Of a stretch of DNA of 64,000 nucleotides, positions 1 to 10,352 are shown in pieces; positions within the stretch are counted from its first letter, which is position 1; each line of letters starts with the position of its first letter. A program made the position numbers and the translations under genes. Origin of the DNA: Octopus vulgaris (taxonomy: Eukaryota). The notes under the pieces were generated by a model. That model was not told the origin of the DNA, made no database searches, and saw nothing but the letters and a program-made list of their open reading frames with translations. The stretch lies in contig OX597815.1 in NCBI GenBank assembly GCA_951406725.2, forward strand, positions 28,024,001 through 28,088,000. Reading direction: 5' to 3'.

Positions 1-448
1 TGCACAAAACTAGTAATCATTTTTCAACTCAACTAAATGCACTGTTAATCAAATCATTTGGGTAAGCATATATGGAAACAAAATCTTAAATAAAAATATC
101 AAATCATTCTAAGAAGTTCTTCATTCTCAGAGCTGAAAACAAAAACATTGGAAAGGTAATCTTCATCTGAAAGAAATAGATCATGTTACACAAAATTAAA
201 TGAATTCAACAGAAATGTGCATTATTTATTCCTCACCTATATTACAAAAGTAAAAATACTATATTTTATAATAGTTTTGAATTTTACAAGAATTTCAAGA
301 TAAACAGGAAAATCATGCAGATTTTAACACTTCCAAATACAATTGAAAATGTTTGTTTGAGAAAGTGTTTAGAGTATAAATAAAGTGAGGATGGTATTTT
401 GTTTTAATACTTTAGCACTCATGTTTACTATTTCATTGAACAGTTTAT

Positions 449-530
449 ATTGGCTACTAAGAAAAAATATTCCATCATTGGCTACTAAGAAAAATATTCC
501 ATCATTGGCTACTAAGAAAAAATATGATGG
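449..530. repeat. Short tandem repeat, 27-28 bp unit, about 2.7 copies
   Basis: attggctactaagaaaaa(a)tattccatc is repeated; the last copy ends in the inverted segment atgatggaa. Confidence 0.9.
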
Positions 531-724
531 AAAATGATTGATATCAATTCAAAAGACCTTTAAAGAATTTTTTTACTATAAAGAGATGATTTATCAAAAT
601 AAACACTTTTAGAACAATATCAAATATCTTATTTATGCCAGTAATATTTGTTGTATCATTCTATCCATGAAGTTTCAAATAAGAGTAGTGTTAAAAGAAT
701 GTGTTAATTTATTTTATGTAACAT

Positions 725-870
725 GTGGGGACATACCAGTAGAGAACTCCTTCAAATGCAGTCACTGTATTCATGACTGTTACTCCTGTGTGGGCCTCTA
801 CAGCCACAGCAGCTGACTCAATTTCTCCCGGTGCAGATCCATGGTCTCTTGAGACCAACAGATGCCTACT
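725..870 (+). mobile_element. RTE-clade LINE 3' end with C-terminal zinc finger
   Basis: Translates to FKCSHCIHDCYSCVGLYSHS*, followed by the short RTE-type 3' UTR catggtctcttgagac...gatgcc. Confidence 0.65.
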
Positions 871-989
871 ATTGGGTACACACAAATAAAATCTTCTGAT
901 GTGCCATATTTTAATTACTTTTGAACTCTATAAAATAATTGATCTGAAAGTTTTCTAGATACATATTAATATTACTATCATTATTTAAC

Positions 990-1130
990 CTTCAATTCTG
1001 CTGATTGACTTTGACTCTCATCTTTCCAGGATCAATAAAATAAGTACCAGTTGAACACTGGAGGTAATGCGATCAACTTACTCCCTCCCTTAAAAATTCT
1101 GGCCTTGTGCCAAAATTTGAGACCATTACT
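990..1130 (+). mobile_element. Partial tRNA-derived SINE with Meta-domain-like core
   Basis: gactttgactctcatctttccaggatcaataaaataagtaccagttgaacactgg matches the copy at 22251. Confidence 0.75.
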
Positions 1131-1410
1131 TAACCCATGGCAAGTTCAGCAACTATAACACTGGTCTACAAGGTTTTTGGTATTTAGGAAATAGACATCA
1201 GCCCAATACAAAATCGGTCTCTTGGATCCAAATATAACCTTCTTTTTGACCTATCAGATCTAGTTTTTCAGTTATTGAACATCCCTATAGTCACTATGTC
1301 TGTGTGTACGTCCAATATGCAGTGTTCATTACCTTATTCTAATTTTAAGTTTTTGCTTTTCCCATACATTTTAGATGCTGTGGTAAACTAAGCGACAGAA
1401 ATTGAGCAAG

Positions 1411-2240
1411 ATGTCCTCTTCAAGAAAGAGTTGCGTTAATTCTCCTAATGTGTTTTGTTATGTTTGTGGAGAATACACATCATCGTCATCGTTTAACGTC
1501 CGTTTTCCGCGCTAGCACGGGTTGGACGGTTTGACGGTTCGACCGGGGTCTGGGAAGCCAGGGGCTGCACCAGGCTCCAGTCTGATCTGGCAGAGTTTCT
1601 GCAGCTGGATGCCCTTCCTAACGCCAACCACTCCGCGAGTGTAGTGGGTGCTTTTTACGTGCCACCTGCACAGGTGCCGGGGGGGGGGGGGGCTGGCATC
1701 GGCCACGATCGGTTGGAGCTTTTAACGTGCCACCGGCACGGAAGCCAGCCAAGGCGGTGCTGGCAATGGCCACATTCGGATGGTGCTTTTATGTGCCACC
1801 GGCACAGAAGCCAGACACATTACCTGGAAATTGAAGAAACGTCACTGATTTTGTTGACAGAGCAAATATAGCATATTTTGGGGTGAAGCTGGGAGACCAA
1901 GATAAATATTGGGCACTGCATAGCGTTAGTAAACAATGTACAGAACATTTGCAGCAATAGACTAAAGGGACGAGGAAAAGTATGAGGTTTGCTATACTAG
2001 TGGTAAGGCAGGAGCCCTATAATCATGTGGATGACTGTTATTTTTGTAACCTAAATTTGAATGGTATTAACCAGAAAAAATTGACAAATACTTGTCTATA
2101 CTAATCTTGCCTAATCGGATGGAAACTCAATACCAAGGACATTGGGACACTGTGATGATGGCAGACTATTGTTGATGTTTAAAACAAGATACTTCTGTTG
2201 CTCAATATTCATGGTGCACAAAGAAGCGTAAATTTATTCT
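1411..2240 (+). pseudogene. Chapaev3 transposase pseudogene (N-terminal Cys-rich region joined to the C-terminus, catalytic core deleted)
   Basis: MSSSRKSCVNSPNVFCYVCGEYT [insertion] ...AYFGVKLGDQDKYWALH...EPYNHVDDCYFC, then METQYQGHWDTVMMADYC*CLKQD...KKRKF. Contains stops and frameshifts. Confidence 0.85.
1481..1814 (-). mobile_element. 5'-truncated RTE 3' UTR (or RTE-derived SINE) with (GAT)n tail, nested in the Chapaev3 transposase
   Basis: ACACAT TSD at 1475-1480 and 1815-1820, with internal repeats of about 50 bp (ggtgctttttacgtgccaccggcac). The same sequence follows RTE ORF2 at 33120-33300. Confidence 0.9.
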
Positions 2241-3459
2241 TTGAATTCTCTGCCAATGTGCACTTTCAAGTTTGAATTTTTATTTGTACTTTGTTTTGGT
2301 TTGTGTTATGCTCTCATTATTGATTCATATTACATGCTTCTTGTATGAATAAAATACTTACTCTATCAAGTCTAGTTACAAAACTAGACCTGATAGAGAA
2401 AAATGAATATATTTTTGAATTTAGCAGGCAAAATCACTTAAGGTTTTGTTGAAATATTCCAGGTGCCAGACAAAAAAATTTTTTGTTGTCCAGTGTAATC
2501 TTACTCTACTCTTTTCAATCTTTTACAATATACTCTTCTTGTCAAATGTTTTATATAGTAATATCTTCATATCTAAGGAACCATTATCAGGAATAACCTA
2601 AATAGGAGTTTATTACCTTTAATTGTTTGTTGCTCAACAGAACAGAAAATTCCTATTTTTTTTCCAAGCTAGCGCCATAAAACAGATAGCAAATCTATGA
2701 TGATGACAATGATTATTATCAATATTATTTATATTTTCGGGTTTGTATATAAAGTGTAGAAGTAAACAAGTAGAATAAGAAACAGTTTCTTCAGGTCTTC
2801 CAAATTCAAGCAGAAAAAACTTCTTTAGAATAGCAATACTTCCAAGCAATGCATATTTTTATATTGCATTTAGAGTGACTACTTAGAAACTGTATTTTAT
2901 TGTATTGTTTCTTGTGGTTTCATTATATTATTCTATTCTTTTTTTTTGTATGCCTTGAAGCAAATGCTAAAAATTATTTGAATTATTTTTCCTTTTTGAT
3001 TTCTTGAAGTGTTAAAACTTTAATGTTTTTGCATAATTGAATAACTTCCTCACCTTCAAATTAACAGAATGATTTCTGTCAGTTATTTCAGAGTTGTTAA
3101 CTAATTCTTTTTTCTATAAAGAAATTTATGTTATTTTCACTTGCTATATTACAAGGAATGCAAAGGAATTTTAAAATCAAACCAAATTTTTTCAATTTAT
3201 GTTGTTTTGTCATCAACTTCCTCTCTGCACTCTCCACTCACTCTCCACTCACTCTCAGACATAACACTGGTGCTTAAATGAAACATGGAATATTACATTT
3301 AAAAATGCCAAATCCACAACTGATAGCTTAAATTGAATATAATGTTTATTATTCAGCTAATGATTCAATTTTCAGGTAGAACTGATATATTTACAGAACT
3401 AATACCCTTAAGAAGAACATAAATTTCATAAACTCTAATTTTCCTGGCCTTATTTTAAT

Positions 3460-3895
3460 ACTGGTTTCAAATTTTGGCACATTCGGGGGACAGGATGCCA
3501 ATTATATGGACCATAGTGCTCAACTGGGTACTTATTTTATTAACCCTGATAGGATGAAAGGCAAAGTCAACCTTGGCAGAATTTGAACTCAGAATGTAAA
3601 GATGGATGAAATGTCAATAAGCATTTTGATTGGCATACTAATGATTCTGCCATCTCACTATCTTTGAACTTATTTTAATATTGGCTACAAATTTTGACAC
3701 AAGGCCAGCAATTTCAAGGAAGGGGTAAGCCAATTACATTGATCCCAGTACTCTGCTGGCACTTATTTTACCAACCCTGAAGGGTTGAAAGACAGAGTTG
3801 ATCCTAGTGGCATTTGAACTCAGAATGTAAAGACAGACAAAATGCCACTAAGCATTTTGCCCAGGGTGTTAACAATTCTGCCAGCTCGCTACCTT
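3460..3895 (-). mobile_element. Two tandem tRNA-derived SINE copies (Meta-like core)
   Basis: Two copies of gtacttattttat...gaaaggcaaagtcaacc...atttgaactcagaatgtaaag...attctgcca. Confidence 0.85.
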
Positions 3896-3917
3896 ATTTC
3901 AATATTAATATCACATA

Positions 3918-4135
3918 AGAAGGTGAGTTGGCAGAATTGTTACTATGCCATACAGAATGCTTAATGGTATTTCTTCATACATTACATTCTGAGTTCAAAT
4001 GCTGCCAGGGTTGACTTTGCTTTTCATCCTTCCAGGGTTGATAAAAAAATAAGTACCAGTTGAGCATTGTAGCTGTTGAAATCAGCTTAATGTCCCACAT
4101 AAATTGCTGGCCTTGAGCCCAAATTTGAAACCAAT
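3918..4135 (+). mobile_element. tRNA-derived SINE, inverted relative to the adjacent copies
   Basis: ggtgagttggcagaattgtta...ttctgagttcaaat...gactttgcttttcatcc...aagtaccagttgagc. Confidence 0.85.
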
Positions 4136-7100
4136 ATTGATATCACATCTATATAAAAGAAACATTAAAACGGTATTTATAGGATTTCCCAAATGTAATA
4201 TTTTAAGATCAGATTTCTATCTGAATAGGCAAGAACAGTGGCACAAACATTTAAAGATGTGTCAAGTGAGTTTAAATTTGTGTAAAATTGTTGGCTCATA
4301 AATTTCAATTTATTCTTCAATCAGATTATCTTCATTTTTGCTGGTCTATAAAAACAACCCCACAAAACTCTGGGACTTATAGTGAAATAATGCTAGTTAG
4401 ACAAAGTTTCTCTGTATCTTACTCTATTTCAATACTTTAACACTTCTCTGTTATTTTTCCTTCACTGCCCATATAATAATATGCACAGATTTCAGTGTAT
4501 CCTCTTCTATTTATTATAATAATTATAATATTATAGAACACCACTCAAGTATTTCTGATTTGTTGATATGATTATTTTGACTATCTCAAATGAGAAATCT
4601 TTTCCCAATTCTTCTTTGCACAGAATAGAATCACAGTTTATTCTCAGATAACAGAACTGCATGAAATACAAACTTTGTGGTACACTAATATCAGCAAATT
4701 ATTAAAATCCATCATTTTAGTGGGTAGCTTAAAAAAAGCTATAAGAATTGACCTCCCCCTTATTAATTAACGAATGAAGGGAAAAACAATGTATTTTTTA
4801 GTTTATTTTATAATTATCTTCTAGGAGGAGCTCCATAAATATATTAGCCATTATGTAAGTTTTACACTATGAATTACTTGCCAAGATTAAATGATATTAG
4901 GTAGTAAAATGAGTTGAGTTACATATCTATCAATAATTGGGGACAATATTCCTGATTACAAAACATAAGCTATTCCTCCATTTCAAATTTGGCACCAAGT
5001 ATAGCATGAAATTAAAGTTCTTGGGGAACACGCTTTACTCATTTGGATCAATCGTCATCATTGTCAGTATTGTTATCTTCTTTGTCATATTCTTTTATTT
5101 TTAACTTGTCTGTCAATGTTAAAAAAAAATGATACTTATAGAATGCCTAATATTTTAACTCCTGAGATGTTGCACTATATTACATCTAATTTCCATGATG
5201 GTATTGGTTGGACGAGTCATCATGATCTGAGTTAGTTCTTATTTGGAGATACTACCCTTGTAGATGATTAGGGAATCACATCTTGCTCAAATGTTATATT
5301 TTAGCATGGTTTCTATAGTGGGATACCCTTCCTAACATCAACTACTTTACAAGGCGCATTTCATCATGACATAATTTTGTATAATATTCAAGTATTTTCA
5401 CTATGCTAATATGATTATTTTTATTACCCCAAATAAAAAATCTTTTTTCAGCCCTTCTTTCCAAAAATAGAATCACTCTGTAACTATTCTGTGCACAATT
5501 TAGCCTTAAAAAAATAAATTATATCAAATTCAAATTGCCTACTAAGTGTACTGACTTCACTCAATTATTAAAATCCCTAAGTTTCAAAGAACTGTTTACC
5601 CTATTGCAGATTCATTATTTATTTGTCCTTTTTTTATGCTATTTATTATTGGTGTTGAATAAGCCTAATCCACTGAAAAGTAATGAACCAATCCTAAACA
5701 AGAGAATATCTGCTTTCAAAGAATATCTGTAGAAAACATGAACCTTCTTTTTTTATTATTGACATTTTAGAACTTGTTTCTTCATGTTTGTTTAAATGTC
5801 ATTAGATATCAGAACTATATTATAGAACAGAAAGTATTAAAGATCAAATCCACAGAATCTGAGATTAAGCTACAATTTGTTTTTCAAAATGTAATATTAA
5901 TTATAATCTTACTTACAAATTTACTTACAAAGATATTTCAAAGCATAAACTGCAGCATTTACAAAACTTTACTGCAAAACAAAGAATCAATACATGCCTA
6001 ATCTTTATCATTTAAAAGAATACTTGACCATTTTTCAGACTGTTATTGAGTGACTTTGGGTATCTTTAACTGATCTAATTTCTACATAGTAGCAAAGAAG
6101 AATTTTTCAACTGGAATTTATAGATTTTATTCTAAGCCTCTTTCATGTCTATGATTAAGCAATCTTTCTGTTCCCAATTTATATTAAGATGTTAATCTAT
6201 ACTTTTTCTTTACATTAGTCAAAGAAAGTTCAGTTGATACTAGAAACTGCACAACCAATCAATATTATTCTATTAAATGCCAATAGTATCATTCTTAATA
6301 CTTTGATGATTATTTCGATTATATTTTACCCCATATTTGCATGTGATTGAGTAAATAAGCTTAGAAGCAAAAATTGTAACCAGAAAATACTTTTTACATT
6401 GAGTATTTTAGTTTTTTTATTCTGAAAATAAAATTGAGTTAAAATAATGCATAAATCAGCACCAAAACAAAATAGCATGGAATATTTGCTGAAAATTTAG
6501 AAAGTTAATTATTTGTAAGATCTTGTAGCTTTGTTTTATAAGTACCTTCAATTTAATATAAAGCATATATACAACTTTTAATATAAGAAGCAAGTAACAA
6601 GTTCTTAAATAAATAGATATGTAAAATATAGACTCCCCCTCTAGGAAATGTGCAAAAAAAAGTGATTAACATAACACTGATAGAAATTGTCAAAAGTGAA
6701 AAAAATAACACGTAACTACATTGAGAAATAATTATTAAAAAAATTGATATTGAGAAACAGTTTTTCTCCTTTGTTGCTAAAGTTTTGCTGAAGATAAACC
6801 ACTGCTTATCATGTAGGGATTCCAGGCTTAGTGACAAAATAAATGAAAAAATTTATTAAAAAATATAAATGTCAAAAAAGAAATGACAAACAGAAAGGAA
6901 AACCAAGGTTAATTAATAGAAGTATGTAAAGTGTATAAAAAAAGGAAAAGAAAGAAAGGAAGGAAGAAAGGAGACACAACATTACAAAGGTAAAATTTGA
7001 AGAGAGAAAAAGGACACAAAGAAACATTCTCACAATATTTCTTTCCACAGGTCCAAATATTACTTGCTAAACATTTCTTCAGTCACCACTGGTTTATAAT

Positions 7101-7184
7101 AATAGTAAAATGTCAGAATTAGCTTTTGGCTTTCTCTTGTAGCAGTTGGTCAGTTCCCATGTATATATATTGTGGGAGGTATAC

Positions 7185-7283
7185 CTTTTTTTTAATAAAA
7201 TGTTTTGCATCCTCTTTTCAGAGATAACACCTTTGTTTCTCAGAGTAACCAACCAACAGGTACTGCATGAATACTTGCTACCA
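7185..7283 (-). CDS. Possible 99-nt (or 93-nt) phase 2-2 cassette exon: (GS)KYSCSTCWLVTLRNKGVISEKRMQNILLKKR
   Basis: A long polypyrimidine tract is followed by GAG (exon ends 7283) or an in-frame TAG (exon ends 7277). The donor is AAG|gtatac and the exon is open in phase 2. Confidence 0.3.
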
Positions 7284-7920
7284 CTCGTAAAAAGAAGGAA
7301 GAGGTAAAAAACTAAAAAAATACACTTGTATAAAGTGAATCCAACAGTGACATACATGCCACAATCAGATTATTGTAGCAAATATTTTAGGAAGCCTATG
7401 TTTAAACCTTAATAGCTGCAAGTCATACATTAGTTACAGCAATTTGGCTTTACTAGGCATATGAGCCATAGAACCAGAAGCATGGAATTTTGGGGTGAAA
7501 TAAAAATGGAACATAAATCTCAAGGAACTACTGTCTAGAGAAAAACGGATTAACAAAACCATAGCAATGTAGTTGAGAATAAATTAAATACAAGAACAAC
7601 AAAAAATCTTATCTTTTATCTTAAATCATTTAATAATTTTAATAGCTCAACCAACAAAAATATTTCTAGTCACAGGTAAAAAATGAAGAAGAAATGTGTT
7701 AGTTTATTTCTTTTCATCAATGACCAGAGACTTTCAGCTGAGGAGTAATGATTTAAAGATTTAAGACAAAATATTAAAGTTTTTGCATCTTTTCATATTT
7801 AATTTCTTCTCAACTGCATTGCTATGGCTTTCCAAGTCATAGTTTTTCTATTCCAAAATTCTTCAAACAAACAGTAACACTTTTCTATTTTCTACAATAA
7901 AGCTAGAATTATTCTTTTTC

Positions 7921-8302
7921 TCTTTTACTTGTTTTAGCCATTAAACTGTGGCCATGCTGGGGCACTGCCTTGAATTTTAGTTGAATGAATCAACCCTAGT
8001 AATTACTTATTTTAAAGCCTGGTACTTATTCTATTGATTTCTTTTGCTGAACTGCTAAGTTATGGGTATGTAAACACACCAATGTCAGTTGTCAAGTGGT
8101 AGTGGGCAGACAAACAAAGACACACACACAAACATATACATATGGCAGGCTTCTTTCAGTGTCAGCTGACCAAATCCACTCACAGGGCTTTGGTAGGCCT
8201 GAGGCTATAGTAGAAGGCACTTGCCCAAAGTGCCATGCAAAGGGACTGAACCTGGAACTATGTAGTTGGGAAGCAAACTTCTTACCACACAGCTATGCCT
8301 GT
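7921..8302 (-). mobile_element. tRNA-derived SINE of a second family; partial copies at about 16860-17090, 30380-30550 and 56130-56240
   Basis: Minus-strand head caggcatagctgtgtggtaagaagtttgcttcccaac...ggttcagtccc has A/B-box-like motifs; the element ends in ...aacaagtaaaaga. Confidence 0.8.
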
Positions 8303-8759
8303 GTCTTATGTGAATAAAATTAATAAAAAGAATTTTTTATCTTCTAATTTCAACAATTTCAACTGTGGTTGCTTTTTAGATACTGAATCACCAGAATTAT
8401 TGTTGATTTTTCACTGTATAAGAAAAGGAAAGGCAACAAGGTTACATTCATTGTAAGTTTTTAAGACTGACCTTTTTATATAAATTATTAGGACCAGGGT
8501 TAAAATTCTTTCTGCAATTCAAAGTTAACTACTTCATCCACCTTAAGGGATAATCTGACCAGTGCTATACTCTAGTTTTTGTAGCATTAAGCATTTGAAA
8601 GATAAATCTCATCCTGGACAGAGTACCAGCCTTTTATGGATAACTCAACAGAAAATTTCCAACACATCAAGTGATACTTATAGAATTCCTAATTTTGTAT
8701 AATTTAACACCTGAAATATTATTTGTTGATATTTGCTCTTCTAGTCTAGCATGTGTATT

Positions 8760-8955
8760 GATGTGTAGCCCCAGATCAACCTTGATTAAGCAAACTATGA
8801 TCAAAGGCGTTCCAGCTATGTATTCGTTTGATCTTTTGTGTCCTTTGACTATTTTGTCTAATGTGTCCTTTGTAAAGCTTATAGGATGAGATTTGAGTGA
8901 ATTTAGTTGTTTCTAACAGATCAAGTGACCATGTAGAACTTCCTTGGCTTGCTCA
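8760..8955 (+). repeat. Unclassified interspersed repeat of about 200 bp; other copies at about 14415-14625(+), 25555-25720(+), 31860-32090(-), 35170-35385(-), 46440-46560(-), 62915-63125(+), 63355-63565(+)
   Basis: Copies share tagccccaggtca.cc.tgat..agca.acctatgatcaaaggc.ttccagc...gtgtgatttga...tatttctagcag...gaccatgtaga. Confidence 0.8.
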
Positions 8956-9134
8956 TACATTGAAAATGTATTTTTGAAGAGATGCAAGTTTATATGTATG
9001 GCCTTTAATGATTTCTGACATAGGCACAAAGGCTCAAATTATGAGGCTAGTAAAGTTAATTAGATTGACACCAGTATTCAAATGGCACTTATTTTGTTGA
9101 TCCACAGAAGTTTGAAAGATCAAAGTGAAAGTTC

Positions 9135-9365
9135 TTTGTTACATCCATTTCGTCTATCCATCTTTTCCACTCACTATTCCTGGGAGGGTCATATGGGTTG
9201 AGTCTCCAGATACTTCCTTCAGACACTTTCTATCAGAAGCAACTATCATTACACTTTCTAGTTGGATTCCCAAGCATGACCAACTGGAACAATGGATATC
9301 ATCCAACCATGTCATTCTATCCCTAGGTATCCTGCCAGTTGGCTCAGCTTGACCAATCTGTCTGG
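9135..9365 (-). mobile_element. Highly degenerate RTE (Rex3/Expander-like) 3' end
   Basis: catccattt...ctatccatcttttcc...gggtc...ctccagatacttcc resembles reversed RTE 3' ends. Confidence 0.35.
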
Positions 9366-10316
9366 TACCTAGTCTGAACAGCTAATTATACTGAAGGATT
9401 TAGAACGAAATATCTTGCCTAGAGACACACCAAAGTATCTGCAGTAGTTGTGAGCCAATGATATCTGATTTAGTAGTTTACTGAACCATTTTGACTCCAG
9501 ATAACATTTTGTAAAAAAAAAAAAGTAAAAAAATGAAAAATAAAAATCTAATTATATCACCGTCAATTTAAATTTTAAAATTTACTTTCATAAGCATCTC
9601 TTGCAGAAAATGATAATGATTGGGGAAATTAGAACAATTGGGTGAAGTGAATTGGAACTAAATCTATGTCAAGTACAAAAGTACAAGGTTTGTTTGTAAA
9701 TTGATTGTCTGAAAAAAATATGCAGCTGAGAAAATGTCTAACTTCTTTAAGTTAAGGTTAGTGGATAGAAATTTTGTTTTTCCTCCCAGGATTCATATAT
9801 TAGAATTTGTGCTAACAGCTTTCAAGTATTATAAAACGTTGATGTTCATTTGTAAAAATATGAAACAATTCTAAGTGTTTGGCAAAGATTATAGCACAAG
9901 AACAATGTCTGCGCCTAAAAAGAAAAATGTTGAAAATAACTTGATATCAGTGATGAATTTATGGAAGATAAGGCAGGCTAGGTAAGGTTAAGAAACAAGG
10001 TTAAAAAAAAAAAAGAACAAACCAAAATAAGAATCACTGTTGGTTGCTTTAGATGTATGTAAGTTGACATGAGGTCAGAATCTGAAATGGTCTTTCAAGA
10101 AATAAATAACTTGATATATTTTTAGAGAATTATATTGTTGATTTTCGTTTGGTGCTTTATCTTTGATGTAAGCAAGTAATGTTTGAAACAATAAACTGAA
10201 GTTAAAGTGGATATAAAAGTAAAAGTACACAACATAAAGTTATCAGGTGAAAAAAAAAGAAGGAAATATTGATATAGAAATAAAAGAAACAAAACATGAA
10301 ATATCTTATGGCTTAC

Positions 10317-10352
10317 TGAGAAGGATTTAGTTGCCAGAAAGAAGGTAATTTC
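10317..10352 (-). CDS. slo: 36-nt symmetric coding exon (phase 2-2): KLPSFWQLNPS
   Basis: Minus strand reads ttctttacatttcag|GAAATTACC...CCTTCTCA|gtaagc and is open in the required phase. Confidence 0.55.

Larger units (their letters stand above)
1159..2495 (+). mobile_element. Chapaev3 (CMC superfamily) DNA transposon, internally deleted and non-autonomous
   Basis: TIRs are cactggtctacaa and ttgttgtccagtg, with a TAA TSD at 1156-1158 and 2496-2498. A transposase remnant lies inside, and there is a 17-bp-arm hairpin at 2361-2398. Confidence 0.85.

Noticed and set aside
7222-7259. Plus-strand 38-nt exon (cttttcag|AGATAAC...CAACAG|gtactg)
   Set aside because: The donor is weak, there are no plus-strand partner exons, and it is antisense to the supported gene.
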